Positions 63,496-64,000 of a stretch of 64,000 nucleotides of DNA are shown in pieces. The position numbers and the translations under genes were made by a program. The notes under the pieces are model-generated. The model did no database searches. It saw only the letters and a program-made list of their open reading frames with translations, and was not told the origin of the DNA. The stretch is from Candidatus Bathyarchaeota archaeon (lineage in GTDB: Archaea > Thermoproteota > Bathyarchaeia > Bathyarchaeales > Bathycorpusculaceae): contig CAVZJV010000014.1 of assembly GCA_963775685.1 (NCBI GenBank), positions 992,001 to 1,056,000 of the forward strand. The letters run 5' to 3'. The first letter of the stretch is position 1, and each line of letters starts with the position of its first letter.

Positions 63496-64000
63496 ATGAT
63501 TAAGGGCATTGTGTTTGATTTCGACGGTACCATAGTTGATTCGATGGAGATGGTCTTTAACGCGTTAAACGATGCGCTCAAAAAGAAAGGGTTGCCGACA
63601 ATCGAAGTCGAGTTGCTTGGCCGTATGGCTGGATTACCGCTCGTCGACATTATAAGCGCGAAAGTCCATATAACCGAGTCCGCCGCAAAAGATATTGAAA
63701 AAGACGTTTTTGAGGCATACACTGCATTTTGCAGAACACGCTGCCAACTTCTACCGAACGTTGAAAGCACTCTGAAAACTCTAAAATCTAAGCAGATAAA
63801 GTTAGGTCTTTTGACCACAACACCAAGCAAACCGTTAGGGGCTGTTGTATCGAAATTTTCGCTAAAAGATTATTTTGACATTATGTTAGCTAAGGAAGAC
63901 GTCAAGAATAAGCCTAACCCGGAGGGACTCAACAAGATCATCGCAGAATTCAGAATAAAAAAAGATGAATGCCTCTACGTGGGGGACAGCCCTATAGATA
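63496..64000 (+). CDS. HAD-superfamily hydrolase (phosphoglycolate-phosphatase-like), 3'-truncated by the window
   Basis: MIKGIVFDFDGTIVDS, GLLTT, KPNPEG, YVGDS; missing from the ORF track because there is no stop in the window. Confidence 0.9.
   Translation, partial: MIKGIVFDFDGTIVDSMEMVFNALNDALKKKGLPTIEVELLGRMAGLPLVDIISAKVHITESAAKDIEKDVFEAYTAFCRTRCQLLPNVESTLKTLKSKQIKLGLLTTTPSKPLGAVVSKFSLKDYFDIMLAKEDVKNKPNPEGLNKIIAEFRIKKDECLYVGDSPID

Noticed and set aside
63474-63830. 118-aa minus-strand ORF
   Set aside because: Antisense shadow of the HAD hydrolase

Overview
Archaeal chromosomal window, most likely Bathyarchaeia. This is an inference from an intron-containing tRNA-Trp with a bulge-helix-bulge motif, DUF2206/DUF1616/HTH_45-type genes and paired PQQ-like beta-propeller surface proteins ending in TM-RKRP. 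About 0.4-42.3 kb is a large, mostly minus-strand surface-glycan/exopolysaccharide locus. It holds 9 glycosyltransferases, a Wzx-like flippase, 3 Gfo/Idh/MocA oxidoreductases, a DegT aminotransferase, 3 left-handed beta-helix acyltransferases, DUF2206/DUF1616/DUF1919/DUF362 proteins, a GH5 hydrolase, a beta-helix+CBM secreted protein and a 3246-aa surface protein with 20 x 219-bp repeats and nested domains. About 42.4-46.6 kb is a small-regulator cluster with three copies of a ~40-bp non-coding dyad motif, followed by a UbiA prenyltransferase. Next come a Grs-like B12 radical SAM gene, trmI and tRNA-Trp. About 51.3-63.4 kb is a decayed or accessory tract: five toxin-antitoxin modules or relics, an orphan tRNA 3'-end fragment (att-like) and two convergent PQQ-like surface-protein paralogs. 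Many genes there are broken by 1-2 nt indels in homopolymers, possibly long-read errors. A HAD hydrolase runs off the right edge. All family assignments come from motif recognition by eye, not from database searches.
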